From: an uncultured Iamiaceae bacterium
GTDB lineage: Bacteria > Actinomycetota > Acidimicrobiia > Acidimicrobiales > Iamiaceae
Direction: 5' to 3'
NCBI GenBank assembly: GCA_964621605.1
Contig: CAZUMJ010000005.1
Span: forward strand, 7,331 to 71,330
DNA: 64,000 nucleotides
The translations under genes and the position numbers were made by a program. The notes beneath the pieces are model-generated. The model saw only the letters and a program-made list of their open reading frames with translations, made no database searches and was not told the DNA's origin. Position 1 is the first letter of the stretch; each line of letters opens with the position of its first letter. Positions 47,405 through 56,154 of the stretch are shown one piece after another.

Positions 47405-48985
47405 ATGGACGATCGTTACGGACACCCACCGGCAGATGACGGCTCGAAGAACTCGACCGAGGGCGTGCGCATCATCGGCGCAGAAGAGGCCGCCGAGGCG
47501 CTCGAGCGGGGCGACGTCGCCGAGCGACTGTCGGAGCGGGAGCAGCGCCCCAGCCCGCGCCCGGCTGCGGTCGAGGGTGAGCGACCGTCGTTGCGCTTCC
47601 CGCTCGCTGCCGATGCCGACCCGACCGGCGTGTTCCGTCCGCCGGTGATCCCGGCCGACCTGCCTGGCAGCGTCCGCTCGCAGGGGCCTGCCAGCGAGCC
47701 TGTCGACCTTCCGCCGTGGACCGACCCGCCCACGGGAGAGGTGCCAGCGGTGCTGCTGCGCGACGACAACGAGGGCGACGACCTCGATGCCTGGTCGTCG
47801 TTCGCGGCGTCGCCCCCACGCTGGCAGGGGAGCGACGACGACTGGGATGACTCGTTCGACGCGTCCTCCCTCGGTGACGACGAGACCCGTGTCGGTGCGC
47901 TCGACGAACGTGACCGGCCGCTTCCGACCGACCTGTTCGACTTCCCAGAGCTCGATGACGAACCGAGCGACGTGCCGTTCGTGGCGTTCCCGTCCCGCAC
48001 CCGCCTCACCATCGAGCCAGACGATTCGCTCGACGCCACCTACGACGAGGTGGCGCTGGGCGCCGACGCAGGCGACGAGGTCGAGGCGAGCCCGGCTCGG
48101 GTCGTGCGGCGACGTGTCGGGGCGCCGGGCTCGGCGCGCAGCGAGCAACGCGGGCTCGGCTCAGCCGCGCAGGCCGGCCGCGACATCCCGACCGCCATCG
48201 TCGCCGGTGGTGCCATCGGCCTGGCGGCGCTGGTGCTGTTCGCGCTCGGATCGGTCACCGCGACCGCCCTGGTGGTGGTGATCCTCGGCCTCTGCGCAGG
48301 TGAGTTCTTCGGTGCGGTGCAGCGTGGTGGCGCCCGGCCGGCGGCGCTGCTCGGCCTCGTCGCGAGCGTGGCGTTCCCGCTGGCGGTGTACTGGCGAGGC
48401 GAACCGGCCTTCGCGGTCATGGGCGCCCTAACCGTGGTGTTCACGCTGTTGTGGTTCATGACCGGTGCCGGGCGTGACGCACCGGTGCTCGAAGGCGTCG
48501 GCATCACGCTGTTCGGTGTGGCCTGGATCGGCGTGCTCGGGTCGTTCGCCACCCTCATGCTGCGCGCTCCCGACGGGCGAGGCATGGTCCTCGCCGCGAT
48601 CCTCGTGACGGTGGCGTACGACGTGGCGGCGTTCTTCGTCGGTCGTGGCTGGGGGAGCAGGCCGATCTCGTCGATCAGCCCCAACAAGACGGTGGCGGGC
48701 TTGCTCGGCGGCGCCGCGGGGGCGGTCCTGATGGGTGTGTTCGTCAGCCTCGTGAAGCTTGGCGCGTTCCACCACCTGCAGTACGGGCTGATCCTTGGCC
48801 TGGTGGTGGCGGTCGTCGCGCCCCTCGGTGACCTCTGCGAGTCGATGATCAAGCGTGATCTCGGTGTCAAGGACATGGGCTCGGTCATCCCGGGCCACGG
48901 CGGCATGCTCGACCGTTTCGACGCGCTGCTGTTCGTGCTCCCGGCGACCTACTACCTGATCGTCGCCTGCCACCTCGTCCCGTGA
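47405..48985 (+). CDS. cdsA: Phosphatidate cytidylyltransferase (CdsA) with an acidic N-terminal extension of about 230 aa
   Basis: The C-terminal polytopic domain carries SPNKTVAGLLGG and GDLCESMIKRDLGVKDMGSVIPGHGGMLDRFDAL. The N-terminal 230 aa are D/E/P-rich, and this frame has strong third-position GC. Confidence 0.88.
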   Translation: MDDRYGHPPADDGSKNSTEGVRIIGAEEAAEALERGDVAERLSEREQRPSPRPAAVEGERPSLRFPLAADADPTGVFRPPVIPADLPGSVRSQGPASEPVDLPPWTDPPTGEVPAVLLRDDNEGDDLDAWSSFAASPPRWQGSDDDWDDSFDASSLGDDETRVGALDERDRPLPTDLFDFPELDDEPSDVPFVAFPSRTRLTIEPDDSLDATYDEVALGADAGDEVEASPARVVRRRVGAPGSARSEQRGLGSAAQAGRDIPTAIVAGGAIGLAALVLFALGSVTATALVVVILGLCAGEFFGAVQRGGARPAALLGLVASVAFPLAVYWRGEPAFAVMGALTVVFTLLWFMTGAGRDAPVLEGVGITLFGVAWIGVLGSFATLMLRAPDGRGMVLAAILVTVAYDVAAFFVGRGWGSRPISSISPNKTVAGLLGGAAGAVLMGVFVSLVKLGAFHHLQYGLILGLVVAVVAPLGDLCESMIKRDLGVKDMGSVIPGHGGMLDRFDALLFVLPATYYLIVACHLVP

Positions 48986-49016
48986 CGCTGATGGTGCCGG
49001 GGGAGGCGCGTCCCCG

Positions 49017-50240
49017 TTGACTGTCACCGTCGCGCTGGCCGGATCGACCGGTTCGATCGGCACGCAGACCATCGATGTCGTGCGGGCGGAGCCCGACCGC
49101 TTCCGCATCGTGGCGTTGGGGGCCAGTGGCCGAAACCCTGAGGTGCTTGCGGCGCAGGCGCGTGAGGTCGAGGCACGTGTGGTCGCGGTGAGCGATGGCA
49201 CGGCGGTGGCACGCCTGCGCGAGCTCCTGCCCGCATCGGTCGAGGTTCGTGGCGGCGACGATGCCATGGCGAGCCTTGGAGCCGAGGCGGAGGTGTGCGT
49301 GAACGGCGTCGTCGGGTTCGCTGGCCTTCCGGTCACCCTTGCGACGTTGCAGGCCGGTCGCCGCCTGGGCCTGGCGAACAAGGAGTCGCTCGTGGCGGCC
49401 GGGCCCGTGGTGCAGGTCGCCCGCCGGACGCCGGGGGCGGAGATCATCCCGGTCGACAGCGAGCACGCGGCGCTGCACCAGTGCCTCCGTTCGGGGGGCA
49501 CCCACGACGGTGTGGGGTGTCGCACGGGTGAGGCGGGGGTGCCCCGACGCGTCGCCAAGCTCGTGCTCACGGCCAGCGGTGGGCCTTTCCGTGGCCGAAG
49601 CCGAAGCGACCTGGCCACGGTGACGGTCGAGGAGGCGCTCGCCCATCCCACCTGGGCCATGGGACCGAAGATCACGGTCGACTCGTCGACCCTCATGAAC
49701 AAGGGCCTCGAGGTCATCGAGGCCCACGAGCTGTTCGGCCCGCCGGCGGGCGAAGCCGGGGTCGGGGTGGGTCTCGACGACATCGATGTCGTCGTGCACC
49801 CGCAATCGATCGTCCACTCGATGGTGACCTATGACGACGCGTCGACGATCGCCCAGCTCTCCTCGCCCGACATGCGTCTCCCGATCGGGTACGCGCTGGC
49901 GTGGCCCGACCGGCTCGGCACGCCGTTCGGCGCGATCGACTGGCAAACCCTGGGCAGGCTCGACTTCGAGCCACCCGACCGTGAAGCCTTTCCGTGCCTC
50001 GACCTGGCGTACGAGGCGGCTCGCCGTGGCGGGACGGCACCTGCGTGGCTGAATGCCGCGAACGAGGTGGTGGTGGCGGCGTTCCTTGCCGGGAAGATCG
50101 CGTGGAATGCCATCGCGGAGGTTCTGTCCGACGTCCTGGTCCGGCATGATGGGACCGCCGCCGATTCGCTGGACGCGGTGGTCGACGTCGACCATCGTGC
50201 CCGCCGAGAGGCGGCCGCGCTCGTCGCCCGGCGGGCATGA
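49017..50240 (+). CDS. dxr: 1-deoxy-D-xylulose 5-phosphate reductoisomerase
   Basis: VALAGSTGSIGTQTIDVV, LANKESLV, PVDSEH and NKGLEVIEAH are canonical Dxr motifs. Confidence 0.96.
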   Translation: MTVTVALAGSTGSIGTQTIDVVRAEPDRFRIVALGASGRNPEVLAAQAREVEARVVAVSDGTAVARLRELLPASVEVRGGDDAMASLGAEAEVCVNGVVGFAGLPVTLATLQAGRRLGLANKESLVAAGPVVQVARRTPGAEIIPVDSEHAALHQCLRSGGTHDGVGCRTGEAGVPRRVAKLVLTASGGPFRGRSRSDLATVTVEEALAHPTWAMGPKITVDSSTLMNKGLEVIEAHELFGPPAGEAGVGVGLDDIDVVVHPQSIVHSMVTYDDASTIAQLSSPDMRLPIGYALAWPDRLGTPFGAIDWQTLGRLDFEPPDREAFPCLDLAYEAARRGGTAPAWLNAANEVVVAAFLAGKIAWNAIAEVLSDVLVRHDGTAADSLDAVVDVDHRARREAAALVARRA

Positions 50241-50295
50241 CCCACGCGAGCGGCGCGTCGTCGCTGCCTTGGCCGAGCCCGACCCAGGACGAGCA

Positions 50296-51813
50296 ATGAC
50301 CGAGCTTCCTCCAGACTTCTCCTCTCCGGCGGGGGAGCCCGCGACGCACGATCAACCGGCGACGGCGTCCTCGCCGGTCGAGTCTCCTCCTGGTGCGACC
50401 GATTCCCAGTCGTTGCGGGCGGCGCTGCTGGTGCTCGGAGCGGCTCTGTTCACGTGGAAGTTCGGCTGGTGGGGCCTTGCCGTGCTCCTCGGGCTCGTGG
50501 TGATGATCACCCTGCACGAGCTCGGGCACTTCATCATGGCCAAACGCTCGGGCATGAAGGTCACCGAGTTCTTCTTGGGTTTCGGCCCCCGCATCTGGTC
50601 GGTCCAGCGAGGCGAGACCGAGTACGGCATCAAGGCGCTGCCGTTGGGCGCCTACGTCCGCATCATCGGCATGAGCAGCGCTGAAGAGGTCGCGCCCGAA
50701 GACGAGGCGCGCACCTACCGTTCCAAGCCCTTCTGGCAGCGTTTCGGGGTGGCCGTCGCCGGCTCCACCATGCACGGCATCCAAGCGTTGGTGCTGGTCT
50801 TCTTCTTGCTGGCGGTCGCCGGCATGCCGGGCGGAAGCGTGCTCGGGTCGACCGCAGAGCCGGCCGGCTGGAGCATCCGCGAGGTCGTGCCGAACTGCCC
50901 GGCAGCACAGGCGGGGTTGCAACCGGGCGATCGAGTGGTCTCGTTCCCGCGGAATGGCGTTGACGATTGGGACACGGCGGCGAGCTACATCCTCAACCAT
51001 CCCGGCGAGACGATCGACATCGCGGTGGAGCGCGACGGGCAGCGCATCGAGCGTTCGATCCGCCTGGCGGTGCGGGCCGATCCCGACGCTGCGGGCGGCA
51101 TCCCCGTTGGCACCCTGGGCGTCAGCCCTGACCTCGACTCGCAGCCCAACGAGCGCGTCGGTGTGCTCCAGGCGATCCCGCAGACCGTGCGTGAGGTCGG
51201 CAAGACCCTGCGGGCGAGCCTGGCGGGGCTCGCGTCGTTCGCGAAGCCGTCCACCGTGCGTGACTTCGGGCGGCAGGTTGTCAACGCCTCGTCAGATCGT
51301 GCCGCCGAGGAGCGTGCGAAGAAGCTGAGCGAGCAGGCGACCCCGACAACCGCACCCTCGGCCCCCTCCTCTACCGTTCCCGGCCCGTCGGCGTCGCACG
51401 ATCCGCTGTTTCCCGACCAGACCGCCGCCGACAAGGCGTGCGCGGCCGCCATGGCGGCGGGCGCTGCGGGTGATGACCACGACCCCAACGCACGCCTCAC
51501 CTCCATCGTGGGGGTCTTCCAGATGGGCAGGTCGCTGGGTCAGAGCGACGGGTGGCGTGCGGTGTTGGCACTGCTCGCCGCGATCAACATCTTCATCGGG
51601 GTCTTCAACCTCTTGCCGTTGCCGATCCTCGACGGCGGCCACGTCGTGGTGGCGGTCTACGAGAAGGTGCAGGAGTGGCGCCACGGCATGAAGACGAGGT
51701 ACTTCGCCGACATCACCCGGGCCATGCCGGTGGTGTATGTGTTCCTTGTGCTGTTCGGCCTCCTGGCGGTGACCACCATCTATCTGGACACCATGAACCC
51801 GATCGTGAATTGA
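50296..51813 (+). CDS. rseP: M50-family site-2 protease (RseP/Rip1-like) with a PDZ domain
   Basis: Internal ATG after the dxr stop. HELGHFIMAKRSGMKVTEFFLGFGP is the HExxH motif, and NLLPLPILDGGHV is the C-terminal motif. Confidence 0.88.
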   Translation: MTELPPDFSSPAGEPATHDQPATASSPVESPPGATDSQSLRAALLVLGAALFTWKFGWWGLAVLLGLVVMITLHELGHFIMAKRSGMKVTEFFLGFGPRIWSVQRGETEYGIKALPLGAYVRIIGMSSAEEVAPEDEARTYRSKPFWQRFGVAVAGSTMHGIQALVLVFFLLAVAGMPGGSVLGSTAEPAGWSIREVVPNCPAAQAGLQPGDRVVSFPRNGVDDWDTAASYILNHPGETIDIAVERDGQRIERSIRLAVRADPDAAGGIPVGTLGVSPDLDSQPNERVGVLQAIPQTVREVGKTLRASLAGLASFAKPSTVRDFGRQVVNASSDRAAEERAKKLSEQATPTTAPSAPSSTVPGPSASHDPLFPDQTAADKACAAAMAAGAAGDDHDPNARLTSIVGVFQMGRSLGQSDGWRAVLALLAAINIFIGVFNLLPLPILDGGHVVVAVYEKVQEWRHGMKTRYFADITRAMPVVYVFLVLFGLLAVTTIYLDTMNPIVN

Positions 51814-51819
51814 GCTGAG

Positions 51820-53067
51820 ATGGAAGCGCCCTCTTCGACCCGCTACCCCCGCCGGGTGACCCGGCAGATCGTGCTCGCGCACCGCCGCAACCCGGTGGCG
51901 GTGGGCGGCGATGCGCCGGTGAGCGTGCAGTCGATGACCACCACGAAGACGGCCGACGTCGAGGGTACCCTCCAGCAGATCTACGCCCTGTACGGGGCAG
52001 GCGCCGACATCGTGCGCTGTACCTGCAACGACCGTGAGGCCGCCGAGGGGCTGGCGCACATCGTGCCGCGGTCGCCCGTGCCGATCGTGGCCGACATCCA
52101 CCACCAGTATCAGCGGGCGCTCGAAGCGCTCGAGGCGGGGGTGCACTGCCTGCGGCTGAACCCCGGCAACATCAAGAACCCGGCCCACATCAAGGCGGTG
52201 GCCAGCGAGGCACGCGACCGTGGCGTCCCGATCCGCATCGGGGTGAACGGCGGGTCGCTGCACCCCGACCTGTACAAGAAGTACGGCGATCGGGTCACCC
52301 CCGAGGCGATGGTCGAGTCCGCCATGGAGGAGCTCGCCTACTTCGAAGAGGTCGGCTTCACCGACGTCAAGATCTCGGTCAAGGCTTCGAGCGTGCCGCT
52401 GATGATCGAGGCGTACCGGCAGCTCTCCGAGGCGACCGACCACCCGCTGCACCTGGGCGTCACCGAGGCGGGTCCACCGCCCGCCGGTTTGCTGAAGGCC
52501 ACGGCCGGTATCGCGACCCTGCTGGCCGAGGGCATCGGTGACACCATCCGCTACTCGCTGACCGCAGACCCCGTCGAGGAGGCGCGTGCAGGTCGGCAAC
52601 TGCTCGAAGCCATGGGGTTACGTGAGCGCAAGGGCCTCGACCTGATCGCCTGCCCGTCGTGTGGGCGTGCCGAGATCGACGTCATCGACCTTGCCAAGCG
52701 TGCACAGGAGGCGCTCGACGACCGCAACCTGCCCCTTCAGGTCGCGGTGATGGGTTGTGTCGTGAACGGGCCGGGCGAGGCGCGCGACGCGGACCTCGGC
52801 ATCGCCGGGGGCAACAAGCGGGGGCACCTGTTCGTGAAGGGCCAGAACGTCGCTGTCGTTCCCGAGGACGAGATGATCGAAGCGCTCGTCGATTGGGCGA
52901 CGTTCATCGCGGAGCACGGAGTCGAGGCCGCGTTGGCACGCGTCGACACCGAGAAGGCGGCCCGAGCGGCGGCCCGAGATCGGTCGGCACTGCTCGAAGC
53001 GAAGGGCGCCGACGCGAACCATGCCGAAGAGCGCATCGAGCACATCCGGTCTGTCGGCGCAGACTGA
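51820..53067 (+). CDS. ispG: 4-hydroxy-3-methylbut-2-enyl diphosphate synthase
   Basis: VSVQSMTTTKTADVEGTLQQI, LRLNPGN, ACPSCGR and GCVVNGPGE are canonical IspG/GcpE motifs. Confidence 0.96.
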   Translation: MEAPSSTRYPRRVTRQIVLAHRRNPVAVGGDAPVSVQSMTTTKTADVEGTLQQIYALYGAGADIVRCTCNDREAAEGLAHIVPRSPVPIVADIHHQYQRALEALEAGVHCLRLNPGNIKNPAHIKAVASEARDRGVPIRIGVNGGSLHPDLYKKYGDRVTPEAMVESAMEELAYFEEVGFTDVKISVKASSVPLMIEAYRQLSEATDHPLHLGVTEAGPPPAGLLKATAGIATLLAEGIGDTIRYSLTADPVEEARAGRQLLEAMGLRERKGLDLIACPSCGRAEIDVIDLAKRAQEALDDRNLPLQVAVMGCVVNGPGEARDADLGIAGGNKRGHLFVKGQNVAVVPEDEMIEALVDWATFIAEHGVEAALARVDTEKAARAAARDRSALLEAKGADANHAEERIEHIRSVGAD

Positions 53068-53149
53068 CGTTCTCGCGTGCCACGGCACGCGACAAGACGC
53101 ATCACCGCAGGTCAAAGGCCCTAAGGGCCGGCGTCGCTCGCTGCATTTC

Positions 53150-53163
53150 TGAAACGTGTTCTA
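53150..53163. promoter_or_regulatory. Candidate TetR-family (KstR-type) operator upstream of the acyl-CoA dehydrogenase gene
   Basis: TGAAACGTGTTCTA fits all 8 fixed positions of TnnAACnnGTTnnA, the KstR consensus as I recall it. It lies in a locally AT-richer stretch 52 nt upstream of the CDS and abuts a TAGAGT -10-like hexamer at 53162-53167. Confidence 0.4.
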
Positions 53164-53214
53164 GAGTACGACCGTGGACGTGCAGGGGGATCACCAGCAC
53201 CGAACGGGGCACGC

Positions 53215-54540
53215 GTGACCTCCGACCCGATGGAGTTCGGCGATAGCCCGGGCGAGGCGGCATTTCGCGCCGAGGCGCGCGCCTGGCTCGAACAGCACGC
53301 GGTCAAGAAGGGCTCACCCGACGACTTCTCGAGCGGCTTCTTCAACCTCGACGGCGTGCCTCCCTCAGAGCGTCCGGCTGCTGCGGCCCTGCATGCAGCA
53401 CGCTGCCGTGCGTGGCAGGCCACCCTCGCCGCGGGCGGCTGGGCGGGCATCACCTGGCCCCGTGAGGCAGGAGGCAGGGGAGGGTCGCCGGTCGAGGCGA
53501 TGATCTTCGCCGAGGAGCAAGCGCGCTTCGGCGTCTCGGCCGATGTGCTCGCGATCGGCATCACGATGGCCGGCCCGACGATCATCGCCCACGGTTCTGC
53601 GCAACAGCAGGAGCGCTTTCTGCTTCCACTCCTGCGCGGCGAGCACCTGTGGTGCCAGCTCTTCAGCGAGCCGGGGGCGGGTTCGGACCTTGCGGCGCTC
53701 GCCACCCGGGCGGTCGTCGACGGCGACGAGCTCGTCATCAACGGACAGAAGGTGTGGACCTCGAGCGCGGATCAGGCCGACTGGGGCATGTTGCTGGTCC
53801 GGACCGATCCCGACGCGCCGAAGCACCGTGGCATCACCTATGTCCTGCTCGACATGCGCACCCCTGGCATCGAGGTGCGTCCGCTGCGGCAGATGAACGG
53901 CGGGTCGCACTTCGCCGAGGTGTTCTTCACCGACGTCCGCGTGCCCTGCAGCGACGTGCTCGGGCCCCTGCACGGCGGCTGGGGCGTCGCGATGACCACG
54001 CTGGCGAACGAGCGCATGATGATCGGCGACAACCCCATGCTGCGCAGCGACGCGCTCATGCGACTCGCCCGCCGATACCGACGCGCGGACGACCCGGTCG
54101 TGCGTGCCGGCATCGCGGCAGCGTTCACGCGCGAGCAGATCCTGCGCTACTTCGGCTTTCGGGTGCGCACGGCGCTCGGGCGTGGTGAGATGCCCGGCCC
54201 AGAGGCGTCGTGCATGAAGCTGGCGGTCGCTCAGCACCTTGCCCGCACCGCGTCGCTCGCGTTGGCGATCGAGGGGGCCGACGGGCTCCTCGCGCATGCC
54301 ACCGCGTCGGCCGGCGAACCCCGCTGGCACTGGCAGTTCCTGCAAGCTCCCGCCATCCGCATCGCCGGGGGGAGCGACGAGGTGCAGCGCAACATCATGG
54401 GCGAGCGAGTGCTCGGGCTCCCGCCCGAGGTGCGTGTCGACAAGCAGGTGCCGTTTCGAACGCTCGCCACTGCGAGCGCCGCCGGTCGCGTGCGCCCCTC
54501 GGCGCCGCTGACCTCTTCGCAAGGAGGAGCAACCCCATGA
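53215..54540 (+). CDS. Acyl-CoA dehydrogenase family protein
   Basis: GGWAGITWPREAGGRG and CQLFSEPGAGSDLAALATRAVVDGDELVINGQKVWTSSA..WGMLLVRTD..KHRGITYVLLDM are typical FadE-like motifs. Confidence 0.9.
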   Translation: MTSDPMEFGDSPGEAAFRAEARAWLEQHAVKKGSPDDFSSGFFNLDGVPPSERPAAAALHAARCRAWQATLAAGGWAGITWPREAGGRGGSPVEAMIFAEEQARFGVSADVLAIGITMAGPTIIAHGSAQQQERFLLPLLRGEHLWCQLFSEPGAGSDLAALATRAVVDGDELVINGQKVWTSSADQADWGMLLVRTDPDAPKHRGITYVLLDMRTPGIEVRPLRQMNGGSHFAEVFFTDVRVPCSDVLGPLHGGWGVAMTTLANERMMIGDNPMLRSDALMRLARRYRRADDPVVRAGIAAAFTREQILRYFGFRVRTALGRGEMPGPEASCMKLAVAQHLARTASLALAIEGADGLLAHATASAGEPRWHWQFLQAPAIRIAGGSDEVQRNIMGERVLGLPPEVRVDKQVPFRTLATASAAGRVRPSAPLTSSQGGATP

Positions 54541-55415
54541 CCATGCCCAAAGACATCGGCATCATCGACACGATGATCGGGTTCCCCCACGGGGACATGA
54601 AGGCGACCTACAAGTTCATCACCGACCAGACGCGTGACAAGCAGTCGAAGGAGGAGTTCGAGTTCCCGGCGGAGTACATGTTCAAAGACGTGCCCGACAA
54701 GAAGCTCCGCGACGTCGATGACCCGGTCGGTGTCACGCTGCGCGAGATGGACCTGTGGGGGATCGAGCGGGGGCTTGTCGGTGTCGCTTTGAAGGACGAG
54801 ATCGGCCGCAAGGCGCTCTCGCAGCACCCCGATCGCTTCATCCCGGGGTGCAGCGCCGACCCGAACCGGGGGATGGACGCGGTGCGCGACATCCAACGCC
54901 TCCACGACGAGTACGGCATCCGAGCGGTATCCCTCTTCCCCGCGGGGACCCACCCGCAGGTCGCGATCAACGACAAGCTCATGTACCCGATCTACGCGAA
55001 GTGCGTGGAGCTCGGCATCGCGGTGTTCTGCTGCGCAGGCGTGCCCGGCCCGCGCCTGCGCTTCGCCCCGCAGCGTGTCGAGCTGATCGACGAGGTGTGC
55101 TTCGACTTCCCCGAGCTGGTGTTCGTGACCCGTCACGGGTGCGAGCCGTGGACCGAGTTGGCCGTCAAGCTCATGTTGAAGTGGCCGAACCTCTACTACT
55201 CCACGAGCGCGTTCGCGCCCCGGTACTACCCGAAGGCGATCGTCGACTTCGCCAACACGCGTGGCGCCGACAAGATCATCTACGCGGGCTACTTCCCGAT
55301 GGGCCTGTCCATCGAGCGGATCATGTCGGAGATGCCGCAGGTGCCGTTCAACGAGGACGTGTGGCCAAAGTTCCTCCGCACCAACGCAGAACGCGTGCTC
55401 GGCTTGGCCGGCTGA
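54537..55415 (+). CDS. Amidohydrolase-2 (PF04909-like, TIM-barrel metal hydrolase/decarboxylase) family protein
   Basis: The ATG overlaps the ACAD stop (ATGA), with AAGGAGGA upstream. The N-terminus is MTMPKDIGIIDTMIGFPH.., and later motifs are ..AVSLFPAG.. and ..FVTRHGCEPW... The family call is by overall pattern only. Confidence 0.7.
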   Translation: MTMPKDIGIIDTMIGFPHGDMKATYKFITDQTRDKQSKEEFEFPAEYMFKDVPDKKLRDVDDPVGVTLREMDLWGIERGLVGVALKDEIGRKALSQHPDRFIPGCSADPNRGMDAVRDIQRLHDEYGIRAVSLFPAGTHPQVAINDKLMYPIYAKCVELGIAVFCCAGVPGPRLRFAPQRVELIDEVCFDFPELVFVTRHGCEPWTELAVKLMLKWPNLYYSTSAFAPRYYPKAIVDFANTRGADKIIYAGYFPMGLSIERIMSEMPQVPFNEDVWPKFLRTNAERVLGLAG

Positions 55416-55458
55416 GGACTTGCTGACGGCAACCCCCAAACCTGCGAGGAGCTGAGCG

Positions 55459-56082
55459 ATGGCGAAGATCGTGGATGCACCCCCGGCCCCTGAGACGATG
55501 ACGCCGGCGCAGCTCGCGCGCCGGCAACGGGTGATCGACGCGGTGCTCGACCTCGTGTCCGAGGGTGGCATCGACGACATGCAGATGCGGGAGCTTGCGG
55601 AGCGTTCAGGGGTCGCGCTCGGCACGGTGTACCGGTACTTCTCGTCGAAGGATCACGTCGTCGCCGCGGCGTTGTTGTCGTGGGCGGCGCAGCTCGACCA
55701 GCGCATCACCCGCCGCCCGTTGCCCGACGCGCCGGCGGTGGAGCGGCTCAAGGCGGTGTTGCACCACGGCCAGCGGGCGTTTCAACGTGCGCCGAACTTC
55801 GCCCGGCTGATGATCACCTCCGCCAGCTCGACCGACCCGTTCGCGAGCGAGAGCTACGACGAGTTGGGGCGCATCGTGGGGGGCACGCTGGCTCGGGCCA
55901 TGCCTGAGGTGCCGAGCGAGGAACGCGATCGGGTGGTGTCGGTGGTGGGGGCGGTGTGGTTCGTGGCGCTCAATGAATGGCTGAACGGCAGGGCCACCGT
56001 CGCGGAGGTGTACCAACGCCTCGACGATGTGTGCGACCTGGTACTCGGATGGCGGGAACAGGTTCCTACCTGGCCGAGGTAG
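55459..56082 (+). CDS. TetR-family transcriptional regulator
   Basis: RQRVIDAVLDLVSEGGIDDMQMRELAERSGVALGTVYRYFSSKDHVV is the TetR N-terminal HTH. GAGGAG lies upstream. Confidence 0.88.
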   Translation: MAKIVDAPPAPETMTPAQLARRQRVIDAVLDLVSEGGIDDMQMRELAERSGVALGTVYRYFSSKDHVVAAALLSWAAQLDQRITRRPLPDAPAVERLKAVLHHGQRAFQRAPNFARLMITSASSTDPFASESYDELGRIVGGTLARAMPEVPSEERDRVVSVVGAVWFVALNEWLNGRATVAEVYQRLDDVCDLVLGWREQVPTWPR

Positions 56083-56119
56083 GTCATAGAAATCGCAGGT
56101 CACGGCCAGTGTGGGCTCG

Positions 56120-56148
56120 TTGACGAAAATAGAATCCGGTACTAGTTT
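56120..56148 (+). promoter_or_regulatory. Candidate sigma-70-type promoter that would give a leaderless or near-leaderless transcript of the second amidohydrolase gene
   Basis: TTGACG (56120-56125), a 17-nt spacer, then TAGTTT (56143-56148). The A of the ATG at 56155 lies 7 nt after the -10 and there is no SD. An alternative -10, TAGAAT, sits at 56130-56135. This is the most AT-rich stretch in the window. Confidence 0.4.
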
Positions 56149-56154
56149 TTTGGT

